From Chrysomallon squamiferum (lineage: Eukaryota; Animalia; Mollusca): DNA of 64,000 nucleotides. The notes under the pieces were generated by a model, which saw only the letters and a program-made list of their open reading frames with translations, was not told the origin of the DNA and did no database searches. The position numbers and the translations under genes are program-made. Shown here piece after piece: positions 62,241-64,000 of this stretch; position 1 is the stretch's first letter; each line of letters opens with the position of its first letter. The DNA lies in NCBI GenBank assembly GCA_012295275.1, contig CM022677.1:23126001-23190000 (forward strand), written 5' to 3'.

Positions 62241-63636
62241 TACTTTAACATTATTAACTCACTAATGTTTTTATCAATATCTACTGAACTATGCTGTCTG
62301 ATATTATATTTTAATTTAGTCACAATTCATATTTTATTCAACCTTGCAGAATATTTTTTTTTCAGAATTCTGACAACATTCTGTCATTCTGAGCAATCTT
62401 ATTCAGATTTTTTTCAGACATATTTTAAAGTACTGAATAACACACCGACAAAAACGATGAAATTTAGCTACTTTCTAAAAAAACACTTTTTGATGTAAAA
62501 TGATATTTAATGTGACATTTCCATCTGCAGTCACTGACAGAGTCATAAAAAATGTATCAAACAGGCACACGACATTTTCTACAATTGTCTGAGCTGACAA
62601 AACCATTTTAACAAGCCTCTGGAGAGAGTGAATAAAACACATTTAAATATTTTATACACTGTCACAGATCATTTTTGTCTTGTTTTCATGTAATGTTAAA
62701 TCTATTTATTTGTGATTTGTGTCTGTATGTATGTGTGTAATGTAAGAATGTGAATGCAAAATGCCTGTGCATATCAGCATGAGTGTATTTTCATACACTC
62801 CATAAACATGTAATAAAATAAACACATAAAATACTGATAATAGAGAAAGCAATTACAAAGCTGTAAGTTAAACAGCTGTTACTATTAATTGCTTACTGAT
62901 GTGTAACATTCTGGCTCAGACACTGATGTTACTCATAGCAAGATTAACAAATATACAAGTACAGAAAAATAAGAAAGCAAAAATAAATAAATAAATAAAG
63001 CTATATTAATAAATAAAATAAATAAATAAATAAATAAATAATTAACTAACTAACTAAATAAATAAATAAAGATAAATTAATAAATAGAATAAATAAATTA
63101 AAAAATAATTAAAAATAACTAAATAAAAAAAAAAAAAAAATTAAAATAACTAAATAAAGATAAAATAATAAATACATAAATAACTAACTAAATAAATAAA
63201 TAAATAAATAAGATAAGCAATGGCTGAATGAATGAGTATTAATTTCAAGTTTTTATTGAGTAATGTGCCAGTGTTTTAACTTACAGTGACATACTTTACA
63301 GCAGTTTACATTTGAGAACAGACAAAACAACATTACAGAGTTAAAAATCACAGAAAACACAAACTAAAACAACAGTGTGGAGTAATTTTTATTATAAAAC
63401 AAAACAAGAGATTAGCAGTGCAGAATTACAATTTGTAACAAACTACAAGAAGAAGAAGAGATGCTAAAACAAAGGAAACAGAGAAAGACTACATGACCAG
63501 AAATAAAAATAAACAATCCTATGACAACACAGAATACAAAACAACACACTTAGAATAAAAACCAGAGTAAAAAAAATTAAAAAATTATTATTATTTTGCT
63601 GGAATAATATATTAGAAAAGAACAATGATGTTAGAA

Positions 63637-63755
63637 AATAAGAAAATCACTGAAAAGAACAGAATATAACACAATCTTAGAACAAAAGAACAGACAATAA
63701 GAAAAGCACTGAAAAGAACAGAATATAACACAATCTTAGAACAAAAGAACAGACA
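63637..63755. repeat. ~59-bp direct duplication
   Basis: aataagaaaa(t/g)cactgaaaagaacagaatataacacaatcttagaacaaaagaacagac occurs twice. Confidence 0.85.
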
Positions 63756-64000
63756 TAAAAACACCATGAAACTCTAGAACTCAGAACAACAAGGGAATAA
63801 AAGATGAGAACATAAGAAAATCAATGTAAAAGAACACTGTTCAAAATATACTAGAACAACAATATAACCGTATAACAAGATATTAAAAGAAAATACAGAA
63901 TTAGAACATGTGGTCTATAAAAAGCAACACAACATAACATAAAATGACACCAGAACAACAGAAAAATGACACAGAGAATAAGAACAGAAATACAAACAAC

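Overview
AT-rich, microsatellite-dense eukaryotic DNA, probably a lophotrochozoan (mollusc-like; inference only). I rebuilt four complete spliced genes by hand from splice sites and exon phases. (1) 55-8716 (-): a ~724-aa secreted protein with three pairs of TSP1 repeats, one EGF-like domain and an unrecognised C-terminal region. (2) 11419-34423 (+): a ~1674-aa secreted protein, FN3x4-Igx2-FN3x10, built from neogenin/DCC-like FN3 modules but with no transmembrane segment. (3) 35665-48561 (-): two chitobiase-type GH20 units that most likely splice into one ~1734-aa protein (signal peptide, GH20, GH20, GPI-type tail); both units carry GG-YD in place of the catalytic GG-DE. (4) 51648-56462 (-): Rab27 with a duplicated, mutually exclusive 86-nt exon covering the interswitch/DTAGQ region. 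Genes 2-4 each show one single-base frameshift, probably assembly errors. Many tandem duplications sit on splice junctions, and CpG content is strongly mosaic. Most short ORFs in the supplied track are microsatellite artefacts.
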